This document shows, in pieces, positions 29,630-39,044 of a DNA stretch of 64,000 nt. A program made the position numbers and the translations under genes. A model generated the notes under the pieces. That model was not told the DNA's origin and did not search any database. It saw only the letters and a program-made list of their open reading frames with translations. The stretch lies in IMG/VR virus record IMGVR_UViG_3300037067_022550, one strand, 5' to 3'. Each line of letters opens with the position of its first letter. The stretch's first letter is position 1. Origin of the DNA: a virus.

Positions 29630-30577
29630 TTATTTACCAATAATTTTTTGTTTTAAATTTCTAACAAAATCTTCTTTATTTTCATATCTGTCTATCATTG
29701 TTTTAAGAACATCTTCTGGAACTCCATGAACATTTCTGCCTTTTAGAAAATCGAAATTCCATTTTCCGGTAGAATCTTTTAAATCTTTATGCCAATGAGG
29801 TTCTTCTATTCTTATTTTATAACCGTGACCGATAGCCATTCTAACGTAAGGTTCTGCTTCTATAGCTTGTGTATTAGTATTGGCTATAATTATGGGAGTT
29901 ATACCATTTTCCATTGCTTCAAGACATCTTTCTTGATTCCAATTATGGGCTTCTATTTGTTTTTCTTTATCAAAAACATATTTATCTTGTTGCATAAAAA
30001 ATTCATCTGATTCTAAAACAATACCTGTATTTCCAGCTAATTGTTTGGCTAATGTACTTTTTCCGCCGCCAGGAGGGCATCTCACCAATATCATTAGTTT
30101 TTCTTGTTGGGATATTTTGTGCCAATTGCAACTATGGCTTAAGTTTAATTCTGGTTGATATTTAATTTCTTCTTTTCTTTTCTTTTTTTGTTCAATTAAA
30201 TAATTACACATTCCAATAACTCTTCTTAATGTTTCTTTATCAAACAAAGCCATATGACATAAATTTCTTGGAACATTAAGTTTTCTGGCCAACCAATTAT
30301 AATATTTTTGTTGAGCTTCTTTAGGATTGGATTCGTTTTCTATCATTTCTTTTATTTTATTATGAGCTGCTTTCCTCAATGCTATTGTTTCTAAATCTCC
30401 AGGAACTCCTTGTGGCTTACCATCTTTGAATGCTCCATGAGTAACTTTACAATCTGGATAATTTTGACAACGATAGTAAAATCTGTCATTCCATTTATGA
30501 AGTTTAAGTTTTGAGCCGCATTCAGGGCAATCTAAATCGTGTTCCTTTACTTCTTGTGCAATTTTATACCAGTTCAT
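29630..30577 (-). CDS. MNWYK-leader protein with topoisomerase-type Zn ribbon plus P-loop kinase domain (polynucleotide-kinase-like)
   Basis: Starts MNWYKIAQ. Zn ribbon CPECGSKLKL...CQNYPDCK. Walker A CPPGGGKST. C-terminal HGVPEDVLKTMIDRY resembles PNK-family kinases. Confidence 0.55.
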   Translation of the reverse strand: MNWYKIAQEVKEHDLDCPECGSKLKLHKWNDRFYYRCQNYPDCKVTHGAFKDGKPQGVPGDLETIALRKAAHNKIKEMIENESNPKEAQQKYYNWLARKLNVPRNLCHMALFDKETLRRVIGMCNYLIEQKKKRKEEIKYQPELNLSHSCNWHKISQQEKLMILVRCPPGGGKSTLAKQLAGNTGIVLESDEFFMQQDKYVFDKEKQIEAHNWNQERCLEAMENGITPIIIANTNTQAIEAEPYVRMAIGHGYKIRIEEPHWHKDLKDSTGKWNFDFLKGRNVHGVPEDVLKTMIDRYENKEDFVRNLKQKIIGK

Positions 30578-30837
30578 AATTCCCCCGATAAAGTTCCCAA
30601 AAGGTATTTTGCCCCAATTTCTTTTGCTTTTGAGGCATAATCAAAAGTTGTTGGCATATGACCTCTATATTGACCTTCAAACCAAAAATGAGGAACATAA
30701 TAAACATAAAAATCTTTAAGTGGGTCATTTTTTTTGACACCTTCCTTATAATGTTTTTTTACAGTTACCTTCCACCCCTTGGGCAATTTTACTTTTTCTG
30801 CTTCTGGAAATTCTTGAGACGTTTTATACCAGTTCAT
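30574..30837 (-). CDS. MNWYK-leader small hypothetical protein
   Basis: The ORF track starts at MKRTIM (30852). An AAGGA SD sits 7 nt before the MNWYKTSQ ATG at 30837, so that start is preferred. Confidence 0.45.
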   Translation of the reverse strand: MNWYKTSQEFPEAEKVKLPKGWKVTVKKHYKEGVKKNDPLKDFYVYYVPHFWFEGQYRGHMPTTFDYASKAKEIGAKYLLGTLSGEL

Positions 30838-31048
30838 GATTGTCCTTTTCAAAAATCAATTTTTCTTCACCTATATATAGTTCTTTTTTGAATTTTCTAA
30901 AAATATGTTCTAATATTTCAGCACAACCACTTTTATTAATAGTTGTTATAGGGATGCAATTTCTACAGGTGCTGATAACTTTGCCAACATGTTCTCTACC
31001 AACATTTATTATAATTTTATTTTCGCGTCTTATGTATTTAACGAACAC
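30824..31048 (-). CDS. hypothetical small protein
   Basis: 74-aa ORF with CRNC...C Cys residues. Confidence 0.3.
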   Translation of the reverse strand: MFVKYIRRENKIIINVGREHVGKVISTCRNCIPITTINKSGCAEILEHIFRKFKKELYIGEEKLIFEKDNHELV

Positions 31049-31052
31049 TTTT

Positions 31053-31274
31053 TTAACTCCCTATTAATTCTATTTTCTCGTCACCTAGTTTCAGGCCATC
31101 AAAATTATTAAAAACTGTTATGGGTATTATTATTTTCCCATCCTGTTTAATATTCCCCAAAAAAACATTTATTTCACATCCATTTTTATATCCACATATC
31201 TTTTCCCCTGTATACCTACAACCAAAAGATATAGTTATATCTAGTCCTTTCTTAATTAATGTGAACTTATTCAT
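31053..31274 (-). CDS. hypothetical small protein, first gene of the minus-strand operon
   Basis: 73-aa ORF with CRYTGEKICGYKNGC. Confidence 0.3.
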   Translation of the reverse strand: MNKFTLIKKGLDITISFGCRYTGEKICGYKNGCEINVFLGNIKQDGKIIIPITVFNNFDGLKLGDEKIELIGS

Positions 31275-31411
31275 ATTAATATTTATTCTTATTTTTTAAA
31301 TAAAAAACCTATAAACACAATTTTAAACAAACAATTTTATTTTTTGTAGGATTAGGCAAAAATGTATGGGAATTAATAATTATATTAAAAATCAATATAA
31401 AAGGATAATAT

Positions 31412-32281
31412 ATGGTTACAAATTTAATAACAAACAATTTGGTAAAAGCTTGTCAAGTTTGCGGCCAAGCAGATAGCCTTCTACATAATCTTATTCATTT
31501 TCCAGGTTTGGGCTATGTTCTTATTGCTCTTATAGCTGTTCTTGTTTTTATTTTGATTATAAAAAACGGAGCTGCTGTTAATATAGAAACTATTTTTGGG
31601 AAAATAAAAATTCCTTCACTTAGAAAAAGCAACAATGCTGTAGATATGTGCGAATTATGTAAAATTAATGTTATGTTTTTTATAACAGATTTTATGGAAA
31701 CTTTTTATGCCATAAACAAAGCTGAACAAACAAATTCTAATGAACAAATTAGAGAACTAGATAGCCAATTTGTTATTGAATATAGTTGGATAAACAATTT
31801 ACATTCTAGTGTTGTTAATGAAAAAATAAAATTAAGAAAAAATCTTAATGAATCTGAAATGACTAAAATTTTCATGAAAAACAACCAGATATTAAATTAT
31901 ATTTGGTTAATCAAAGAAAGAGAAATATATGATTTTATGAAAAATGTTATTCTATTAAACACTTTTCTGAACAAAAATGCAACAGAACTGAGATACTTTG
32001 TTCACGAAAGAAGTCAGGTTCTAGCAGCCAGTTTAGAGAGCGGATCAAACTTGTATCCTGATTGGGATGATCCAGAACTTTTATTCAAAAGAAAAGAATA
32101 TATAGATTATATATTAATGGGCAAAATTAAACCAAGAATAGAAGAAGTTTTATTAACTACATTAGAGAAATGTCAAATCATTCAACAAAAACACAGTAGT
32201 GAAATAGAAGTTCTTAAAAACAAAAAAAATAAAATAATAGAAGAACTTAAAAAATCAATGCCACCAAAAAAGAAAGAATAA
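31412..32281 (+). CDS. membrane protein (one TM), hypothetical
   Basis: Hydrophobic segment GLGYVLIALIAVLVFILII. SD AAAAGGA upstream. Confidence 0.45.
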   Translation: MVTNLITNNLVKACQVCGQADSLLHNLIHFPGLGYVLIALIAVLVFILIIKNGAAVNIETIFGKIKIPSLRKSNNAVDMCELCKINVMFFITDFMETFYAINKAEQTNSNEQIRELDSQFVIEYSWINNLHSSVVNEKIKLRKNLNESEMTKIFMKNNQILNYIWLIKEREIYDFMKNVILLNTFLNKNATELRYFVHERSQVLAASLESGSNLYPDWDDPELLFKRKEYIDYILMGKIKPRIEEVLLTTLEKCQIIQQKHSSEIEVLKNKKNKIIEELKKSMPPKKKE

Positions 32282-32282
32282 A

Positions 32283-32945
32283 TTAATTTTTTAATGTTTT
32301 TAATTGGCTCCATTGCCTTAATAAATAAGCATTGTTTTCCTTATTTTTATTAATTATAGCATTTAATTCTTCTTCTGTTTTATTATATTTAGGTTTTAAC
32401 TTCAAAGACATTTTGTATATAATAAAATCTATGTTCCATGGAGCATAATTTGGAGAACCATCAACTCCAACATCCATTCTTTTAACATCATCTCTTTCTT
32501 CTAATCTTTGGTGTGAATGAGCATAACAATTTATACTTCCATAATGAGAAGCTTCCCAAACCAACATCGCACAATGAGTTATAACGAACTGAACATTGTG
32601 TATAGTAGTTATCCACATCCCTTCATGAACGGCAGTAAAATTTTTCAAGCAATCTTGATTCATTTTATCGTGACTGCCTCTAATTAATATCTTTTTGCAT
32701 CTTATTCCACCTATATAATGGTTGTGATTTTTCCATGCAAAGTCGCCAGCAATAATTAGAGTATCTTTGGGAGAACAAGTTTTATTAAACTGATCCAAAA
32801 TAAAGCTATCATGAGCTTCAATATTTTCAAATTCTTTGAATGTTATAGGATTAGTTCTTTTAGCGTGATGTATTATTCCGCCCAATCCTTTCTTGTTCTT
32901 ATCATGACCAAAATGAGGGTCTCCTGTTATCCAAATTTCACTCAT
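32283..32945 (-). CDS. calcineurin-like metallophosphoesterase
   Basis: GDPHFGHD (motif I), IIAGDFAWKNH (GD/GNH motifs) and CYAHSH. Confidence 0.6.
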   Translation of the reverse strand: MSEIWITGDPHFGHDKNKKGLGGIIHHAKRTNPITFKEFENIEAHDSFILDQFNKTCSPKDTLIIAGDFAWKNHNHYIGGIRCKKILIRGSHDKMNQDCLKNFTAVHEGMWITTIHNVQFVITHCAMLVWEASHYGSINCYAHSHQRLEERDDVKRMDVGVDGSPNYAPWNIDFIIYKMSLKLKPKYNKTEEELNAIINKNKENNAYLLRQWSQLKTLKN

Positions 32946-32959
32946 TGTTTAACACCGTT

Positions 32960-34132
32960 TTATTTGTCAATATTATCAATACCAGTATTGTTTTCACAAG
33001 AAGATGGTGGTATTTTAACTGAATATATTGAAGTTGTTGTTCCCCAACCACCAGGAACTGCATACATAAAAACACCGTCTTTATTTTTTTTAGGATATTC
33101 ATATTCAGGATAAACAACTCCATATACCATAACTTCATTAAAAACTCCATATAGAATTCTTTGGCCAACCATTTCTTTCGTTTTAAATTGTTTTTTAGTG
33201 GATTTATTTTCATTAATTTCAACATATTTATTTTTACAATGGTCTTTACAACATTTAAAAGATTCAAATCTGTATTTATTTAATCTATTTTGCCATATAT
33301 ATTTTAATGGATTTTCTTTATAATCTTTATATCCCTTATCAGATCCGTAATCACAATCTGTTTCATCTAAAATATTACCAACGACAACATCATTAATATT
33401 TACCCAAGACCTCATGCTTAAACAAGGAACTACATATCCATTATGAAGTATTCCAATTGAACACATTCCAGCACTACATTTTCCACAATTAGCGTTATCT
33501 GCTATTACTATTTTAATTCCGTTACTAATAGAATTTGAAATTTTTTCAGAAAAGAAATTTAAAGCTTTTGAATTGTTATAAATAGCCGATACATTATCTT
33601 CTTCTTTATACATTGTATATTGAATTTGCCAAGTTAAATTATTTTCTTTAACAAAACCTTCTATTTCGTCATACATAAAAATATTTTGCAAATTAAAATT
33701 ACTAATAATTGTTGACTTTTTTAATAAATCTTTATTAAAAGAAGTTATTAATAATTTTAATTCTTTTTCTGTGTTAACAGACAATCCAATCCAATCATAT
33801 AGCTCTAAAATATTATCAATAATTAAATTTGTATAAGATTTTGAATTTACAATACTCTTTGGATTTATAATGATTTTACATTTAACTTCTTTATCTTTCA
33901 ATATTTCTGTAACAATTTTGTGAGTTTCATAATTAACCAGAAGAGGATCTCCACCAGACATATCTATTTCTTCTGGACTAAATTTTGCAATATTTTTTGC
34001 AATTTGGATTATTTTTTCTGAGTCTACGGGGTAATTCCAAGATTCTTTAGAACCGCAATATTCACATCCGTTATTACATTTACCTGTCATTTCCCAAATA
34101 ATTTCTTTAAGTTTTAAATGACTATTTTGCAT
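32960..34132 (-). CDS. radical SAM enzyme with SPASM-like Cys-rich domain
   Basis: GKCNNGCEYCGS (CX3CX2C) and GGDPLL. Later CGKCSAGMCSIGILHNGYVVPC cluster. Confidence 0.6.
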   Translation of the reverse strand: MQNSHLKLKEIIWEMTGKCNNGCEYCGSKESWNYPVDSEKIIQIAKNIAKFSPEEIDMSGGDPLLVNYETHKIVTEILKDKEVKCKIIINPKSIVNSKSYTNLIIDNILELYDWIGLSVNTEKELKLLITSFNKDLLKKSTIISNFNLQNIFMYDEIEGFVKENNLTWQIQYTMYKEEDNVSAIYNNSKALNFFSEKISNSISNGIKIVIADNANCGKCSAGMCSIGILHNGYVVPCLSMRSWVNINDVVVGNILDETDCDYGSDKGYKDYKENPLKYIWQNRLNKYRFESFKCCKDHCKNKYVEINENKSTKKQFKTKEMVGQRILYGVFNEVMVYGVVYPEYEYPKKNKDGVFMYAVPGGWGTTTSIYSVKIPPSSCENNTGIDNIDK

Positions 34133-34148
34133 TGTTTTTCTCCTTAAA

Positions 34149-34685
34149 TTATGTCCACATAAAACTTCTTATTTTTATTAGTCTTATCATGTTTTCTTCG
34201 TCTTCTTTATTGCATTTTTCTTCCCATTTATCGAAATCTATACATGCCTTTTCCCATCTTTCTTCTGCTTCTTTAGAGTCATGTACAAATTCCATTGTTG
34301 AAGTGGATTCTTCTTTTTGATTTATTGGATTTATAATTTTTTCATCTGTAGGAGTGAATTTAAAGTCTGGAGATTTTACGTCTGGTCCAAGAAGGGGATT
34401 GTGCTTTTCTCTATTTTTTCTTTCTTTCCACCAATTATACATTTCCTGCATTTCTTCCCAAGCATGTTTGTGTTCTGGATCTGAATTCCAATCAACAATT
34501 TCATCAGGTTTTTCTTTTTCAATAAAATTACATAATGATTGGAACATAGCATGAATTAGTATTTCATCTGCATCATGATAGCCTGGATTTAAATATTCCA
34601 GTTTTAAAACATGAAAGCGATTCCATATGCGATAATAAATCCAATTAAAAAAATCAAATTTTCTAAAAAATCTATATATGCTCAT
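34149..34685 (-). CDS. hypothetical protein (acidic, W-rich)
   Basis: 178-aa ORF only. Confidence 0.4.
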   Translation of the reverse strand: MSIYRFFRKFDFFNWIYYRIWNRFHVLKLEYLNPGYHDADEILIHAMFQSLCNFIEKEKPDEIVDWNSDPEHKHAWEEMQEMYNWWKERKNREKHNPLLGPDVKSPDFKFTPTDEKIINPINQKEESTSTMEFVHDSKEAEERWEKACIDFDKWEEKCNKEDEENMIRLIKIRSFMWT

Positions 34686-34766
34686 TTTTTACCTTTAATT
34701 TCCACTATATCTTTGACCTTCAAATGATTAAAAATAAATATTCTTTTCTATCTTTCCTCAATCTTC

Positions 34767-35084
34767 TTAGTTTTCTTTTTTATTCCCCCTATCAACCTTA
34801 TCTAATAATTCTTTTATTTCTTTACAATCTTCTGGCTTTAACAAAGTGCAATCCCAATGTCCATATTTACATTCGTAACCAAAAATATATTTAAGAGCAA
34901 GCCAAATTCTTTCAAACACATTATGGTCTTGACACAATTGAACTTCTGTATATAAATCATTTTCATCTGGATCATATACAAACCTGATAGTATGATCTGA
35001 ACATTCACATTGGCATTCATAATAACTTATTTGCAATTTCTCCATATTTTTATAATCCTTACTTTCCTGTTGAACCAAATCCAC
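34767..35084 (-). CDS. hypothetical Cys-rich protein
   Basis: 105 aa with CQCECSDH...C...C. Overlaps the dut start by 26 nt. Confidence 0.35.
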   Translation of the reverse strand: MDLVQQESKDYKNMEKLQISYYECQCECSDHTIRFVYDPDENDLYTEVQLCQDHNVFERIWLALKYIFGYECKYGHWDCTLLKPEDCKEIKELLDKVDRGNKKEN

Positions 35085-35580
35085 CAGCCCCTCTTTCTGT
35101 TTTATCTAGTTCCCAAACAGAATTAAAACTTGATTGAACAACAGGAGAAATTATTCCTTGAGCTATTCTTTCTCCATCCTTTAAAATAATGGTGTTGGGA
35201 TCATATGGTGTTTTCTTTATCAATCTACGAAACAAACGAACTAATATGTTAGACTTTTTTGCAATATTATCACAAATTATTCCTAATTCTCCTCTATAAT
35301 CGCTATCTAGTGTCCCCGGGGAGTTAGCTATTCTAAGTTTTGTTTTTAAAGACATTCCACTACGAGGTCTAATTTGAAGTTCATAACCTTCTGGAATAGA
35401 AAAGTACAATCCTGTTGGTATTAATTTGGTTTCTCCAGGTTTTATTTCATGAAATCTATCCATGGGTAAATCTTCATAATCAAACCCTGCAACCATTAAA
35501 TCAAATCCTGAAGAAAATTTTGTTTGATATTTTGGAATTTTACTGCTGCCATATTTTGATACTATATTTGTATTAATCAT
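35059..35580 (-). CDS. dut: dUTP diphosphatase (dUTPase)
   Basis: Motifs RPRSGMS, GTLDSDYRGE and C-terminal RGAGGFGSTG. Confidence 0.75.
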   Translation of the reverse strand: MINTNIVSKYGSSKIPKYQTKFSSGFDLMVAGFDYEDLPMDRFHEIKPGETKLIPTGLYFSIPEGYELQIRPRSGMSLKTKLRIANSPGTLDSDYRGELGIICDNIAKKSNILVRLFRRLIKKTPYDPNTIILKDGERIAQGIISPVVQSSFNSVWELDKTERGAGGFGSTGK

Positions 35581-35674
35581 TTATTTTATAACTCCGTATT
35601 TGTTTGTTGATATAAGGCAAAGAAAGCTTCGGAACACTAAAAAGTTCCTATAACTTTCTAGCCTTATTTCTATA

Positions 35675-35905
35675 TTATACCTTATTTTTATTTTTTTTAG
35701 ATATTAATTTGCTCAAACAAGTGTTTTTTTCTTTAAGATCTTTTATATAATTTTCAAGTCCCTTGTTGATGGCCCAATTGATTAAACATTGTTTGTCATT
35801 AACAATATTTTTCTTGGCGTATTCTAACAAGGCATCTTCTTCTTTTTTAGATATTGTGGTTTCCATATCCCAACACTTAACTGCTTTTTCTTTGCCGAAT
35901 TTCAT
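35675..35905 (-). CDS. hypothetical small protein
   Basis: 76-aa ORF only. Confidence 0.3.
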   Translation of the reverse strand: MKFGKEKAVKCWDMETTISKKEEDALLEYAKKNIVNDKQCLINWAINKGLENYIKDLKEKNTCLSKLISKKNKNKV

Positions 35906-35925
35906 GTTTTCTCCTTTTATTTAAT

Positions 35926-36573
35926 TTATTTGAAAATATTCAATTGTGACAACAATCCCATAGCTATCATAAGCTTTCCGTCTATTGGTTTTGTATCCGA
36001 AACCATATTAGCAATCCCTTCTTTTCCCAACCATTCTAACTGTATTCTTTCTTCATCATCACAAGATTGTTTTCCTGGTTCTCCTTCAATCTCTACAAAA
36101 AAATAATGTTGAATTTCATTACTATATCCAGGAGTTGGATATATCAACCCTATTTTTCTAATATTAAAAGCTTCATAACCAGTTTCTTCTTTCAGTTCTC
36201 TTTTTGCTGCATCTATTGCTGATTCTCCTGGATCTATTTTACCAGCTATTGCTTCAAGTAACAGACCTTCTACCGGTTTTCTAAATTGTCTAACACATAA
36301 TATTTTATTGTCTTTTTTTCTTAACGGCAATATAACAACCACTTCTGGAAAATTAACTATTTCCCTAATTGCTTTATTGCCATTATCTAATTCAACTTCG
36401 AGCTTGTCAATCTTTAATAGTTTGCCATCAAATACTCTTTGGGTTGATAATGTTCTTTCCATAAATAATTCTACCTTTCTATGATTTAAGAATTGGATGC
36501 AGTTTAACTTTTCTTGGGTTAAAATACCATTTAATTTGCTATTTTTGCATCTTAGCCCTGCAAGGTTTTCCAA
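35926..36573 (-). CDS. Nudix hydrolase (ADP-ribose pyrophosphatase-like)
   Basis: Nudix box GKIDPGESAIDAAKRELKEETGY. Confidence 0.7.
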   Translation of the reverse strand: MENLAGLRCKNSKLNGILTQEKLNCIQFLNHRKVELFMERTLSTQRVFDGKLLKIDKLEVELDNGNKAIREIVNFPEVVVILPLRKKDNKILCVRQFRKPVEGLLLEAIAGKIDPGESAIDAAKRELKEETGYEAFNIRKIGLIYPTPGYSNEIQHYFFVEIEGEPGKQSCDDEERIQLEWLGKEGIANMVSDTKPIDGKLMIAMGLLSQLNIFK

Positions 36574-37064
36574 ACATCATCACAATAAGCCTTATGCCAG
36601 TAATCGTATGTAGTTTTTTCAAGTTCAAAAAACATAGTATTAGAAATAATATTTTTATAAAATTCTTTAGCTTCCGTTTCTAGTCCAAATAGGCGCAAAC
36701 AGCGAATAATTCTTGTTATACGGAGGAGATTATGATTACCGTTTTTACACCATTCTCTTTGACTGTCTATATTTTCATATTCCCCAATGGCAAAAAATTT
36801 TTCAAAACGATTTTTTGCTAAGCGAAGATTGTCCAAAATTTTAGAATCTTTTTTAGCTTCTTCTGCAATTTCAGGGGTTATGATTGGGTATGTTGAAGCG
36901 TGGCAAGATTCTTCGTGGAGAGGAAAAATTTGTTGTACCTGATCGTGGCAACGTTCCAAAACTTCATCAGAACTATATATAATTTCTTTGAACGTTCTTC
37001 CTCGGTAATCTTTTGTTTTGCCTCTAAGAAAACCAAGAATTTTATTTTTATCAGTAATAATCAT
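36552..37064 (-). CDS. hypothetical protein
   Basis: 170-aa ORF, no confident motif. Confidence 0.4.
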   Translation of the reverse strand: MIITDKNKILGFLRGKTKDYRGRTFKEIIYSSDEVLERCHDQVQQIFPLHEESCHASTYPIITPEIAEEAKKDSKILDNLRLAKNRFEKFFAIGEYENIDSQREWCKNGNHNLLRITRIIRCLRLFGLETEAKEFYKNIISNTMFFELEKTTYDYWHKAYCDDVWKTLQG

Positions 37065-37069
37065 ATTTT

Positions 37070-37315
37070 TTATCCTCTTAATTTAACAAACTCACTTATA
37101 TTATGGCCTTTTTTTCTTCTTTTAATCATTCCTTCAAAATGGACTATAATTTCTGACAATTCACTATCTGTCATCATTTCTCCAAGATTTAATAGAGCTG
37201 GAATAAAACGATCTTCAACCTTAGTAACCGTATGCAAGCAATTAAATCTATCCATACTTTCAATATAACTAACCTGAGTGGTTATACGTATGTCCCTATT
37301 TTTGATTTTTATCAT
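37070..37315 (-). CDS. hypothetical small protein
   Basis: 81-aa ORF only. Confidence 0.3.
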   Translation of the reverse strand: MIKIKNRDIRITTQVSYIESMDRFNCLHTVTKVEDRFIPALLNLGEMMTDSELSEIIVHFEGMIKRRKKGHNISEFVKLRG

Positions 37316-37423
37316 GCTTTATTTCCTTTGATTCTTATATACTGTCATAAACAACTTAAAATGCCAATAATATTTTTAACAAGATTCAATATTAACAACA
37401 ATAACCAACAACCATTATTAAAA

Positions 37424-38506
37424 TTACTTTCTCTTTTCAAATTCATTACCAATAGCCCAATACCAAAATGCAATCTCACTTATAATTATTAAAATTATCA
37501 AAACAAAATAACTCCAAATCGGTGGATTAATTGTTATATAATCAAACTTAGACCAATCTTTAATTTGATAATTTTTTCTAACTTCTTGTTCTATTTTTGG
37601 TATTATGCTTGAATCTATTTTATTGTCAATAAAAATAGTTTCTAGATTTCTTTTTACTATTTCTTTTTCTGTCCAACCAAAACAAAAAGACCAATCCGCC
37701 TTATTATTTTTTTCTCCACCATAGCATATTACTAAATCATTCTTTTTACCTCCAATCCATTTAGCCTGTTGCCATTTGCCCATAGAAGAATCTTTATTCC
37801 CAAAATAAACTATTATAACATTAACTTTTTTTAATGGGCCTAACCTAGAATTCATTCTGTCAAATTCTAATAAATTAATGGGAACATTGCCCAATAAACG
37901 ATCTGACCTCAACCAATCACCATTAGGTGGATATTCATAAACAGCAATATTTTTTGAAACCTTAACAAAAGAAAAAACACTTGGTGCAGCTTTTACTTTA
38001 TTTTTCCATATTCTGACACTAGTAACTGGATAAACAAATTTAGAATTATTATAGGCAACATAAATATTCGGATCTCCAGAATCAAATCCGTCTTTATAGG
38101 GTCTTTCTGTCGTTAAGTTATGAAAATTTTCTGAAATTTCACTAAAAAAATCTTTAGTAATATCATATTCATCTCCAAGAGTTGTTGATGCTTTCCATTC
38201 TTCATCATGAGTTCGGTGATGAGTATCTGTAGATGTAGTAACATTGCCTTCATCATCTGTTTCTGTATGTGTTTCTGTATATTCTTCAATCCATTCAGGA
38301 TAATGCGTGGCTTTTGATATTTGCCCACTTAATGTTTGAACATCTTTACATGTTCCATAAATAACAAGAATGTGCATTACAGCAGAAAAAAACAGTGCTA
38401 TAGCAACCGATCCGAGCCATTCTAACCAGACAACCTTCTTATTGCATACGTATAATACAATCCCTACAATGGCTGGAATTATAGATATTAAATAAAGAAA
38501 TATCAT
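37424..38506 (-). CDS. integral membrane protein, hypothetical
   Basis: Two N-terminal TM segments and a C-terminal TM (INPPIWSYFVLIILIIISEIAFWYWAIG). Confidence 0.45.
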   Translation of the reverse strand: MIFLYLISIIPAIVGIVLYVCNKKVVWLEWLGSVAIALFFSAVMHILVIYGTCKDVQTLSGQISKATHYPEWIEEYTETHTETDDEGNVTTSTDTHHRTHDEEWKASTTLGDEYDITKDFFSEISENFHNLTTERPYKDGFDSGDPNIYVAYNNSKFVYPVTSVRIWKNKVKAAPSVFSFVKVSKNIAVYEYPPNGDWLRSDRLLGNVPINLLEFDRMNSRLGPLKKVNVIIVYFGNKDSSMGKWQQAKWIGGKKNDLVICYGGEKNNKADWSFCFGWTEKEIVKRNLETIFIDNKIDSSIIPKIEQEVRKNYQIKDWSKFDYITINPPIWSYFVLIILIIISEIAFWYWAIGNEFEKRK

Positions 38507-38507
38507 A

Positions 38508-38753
38508 TTAATGTATATAAATATATTTTTTAATTGAAATTAACTTTTGATTTTTAAGTAGGCAATCAATATCACGAAGTGAAATCTCCGGAAACCAACT
38601 AGTTTTCTTATGAGCTAAATCTTTAAATGTTCCTAATTCCATTAATTGAACACTGTCTGGTGTAAAGTAATTACAAAATTCATCATTAAGCAAAGCAATT
38701 TCAGCATCATCTGGAAAATCTTCCATTAATTTTATTAATTGTTTTTTATTCAT
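38508..38753 (-). CDS. hypothetical small protein
   Basis: 81-aa ORF only. Confidence 0.3.
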   Translation of the reverse strand: MNKKQLIKLMEDFPDDAEIALLNDEFCNYFTPDSVQLMELGTFKDLAHKKTSWFPEISLRDIDCLLKNQKLISIKKYIYIH

Positions 38754-38755
38754 TT

Positions 38756-39007
38756 TTAATTTTCAATATTAACTATGCTTAATGTATTCTTAATAAATTT
38801 CCTAAATTCATAATCACTAAGTTTTTCATTATCTACATTTGAAGAAATAGTATTAACAAAATTATCTGATGATATTTTATCAGATTGTTGTAAAAGTTCC
38901 ATCTTTTCTGCTCTATATACGTCTTTACAATAATTACTAAATTCTCCATAATATTTATTATTAACTGTTTCAAGTATTTCAATTAATTTTTCTATAGTTA
39001 ATTTCAT
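38756..39007 (-). CDS. hypothetical small protein
   Basis: 83-aa ORF only. Confidence 0.3.
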   Translation of the reverse strand: MKLTIEKLIEILETVNNKYYGEFSNYCKDVYRAEKMELLQQSDKISSDNFVNTISSNVDNEKLSDYEFRKFIKNTLSIVNIEN

Positions 39008-39044
39008 TTTTTTATACCCTTATTTTAATCCTTATCACATTCAT

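Noticed and set aside
30824-31274. Two small ORFs (31053..31274 and 30824..31048) as halves of a frameshifted gene
   Set aside because: They are in different frames with a 4-nt gap, but I see no continuous motif spanning the junction. Treated as separate small genes with low confidence.
32938-33267. Minus-strand ORF 32938..33267 overlapping the radical SAM gene in another frame
   Set aside because: Same-strand alternative frame within the 390-aa radical SAM CDS. Lys/Leu/Met-rich junk composition.
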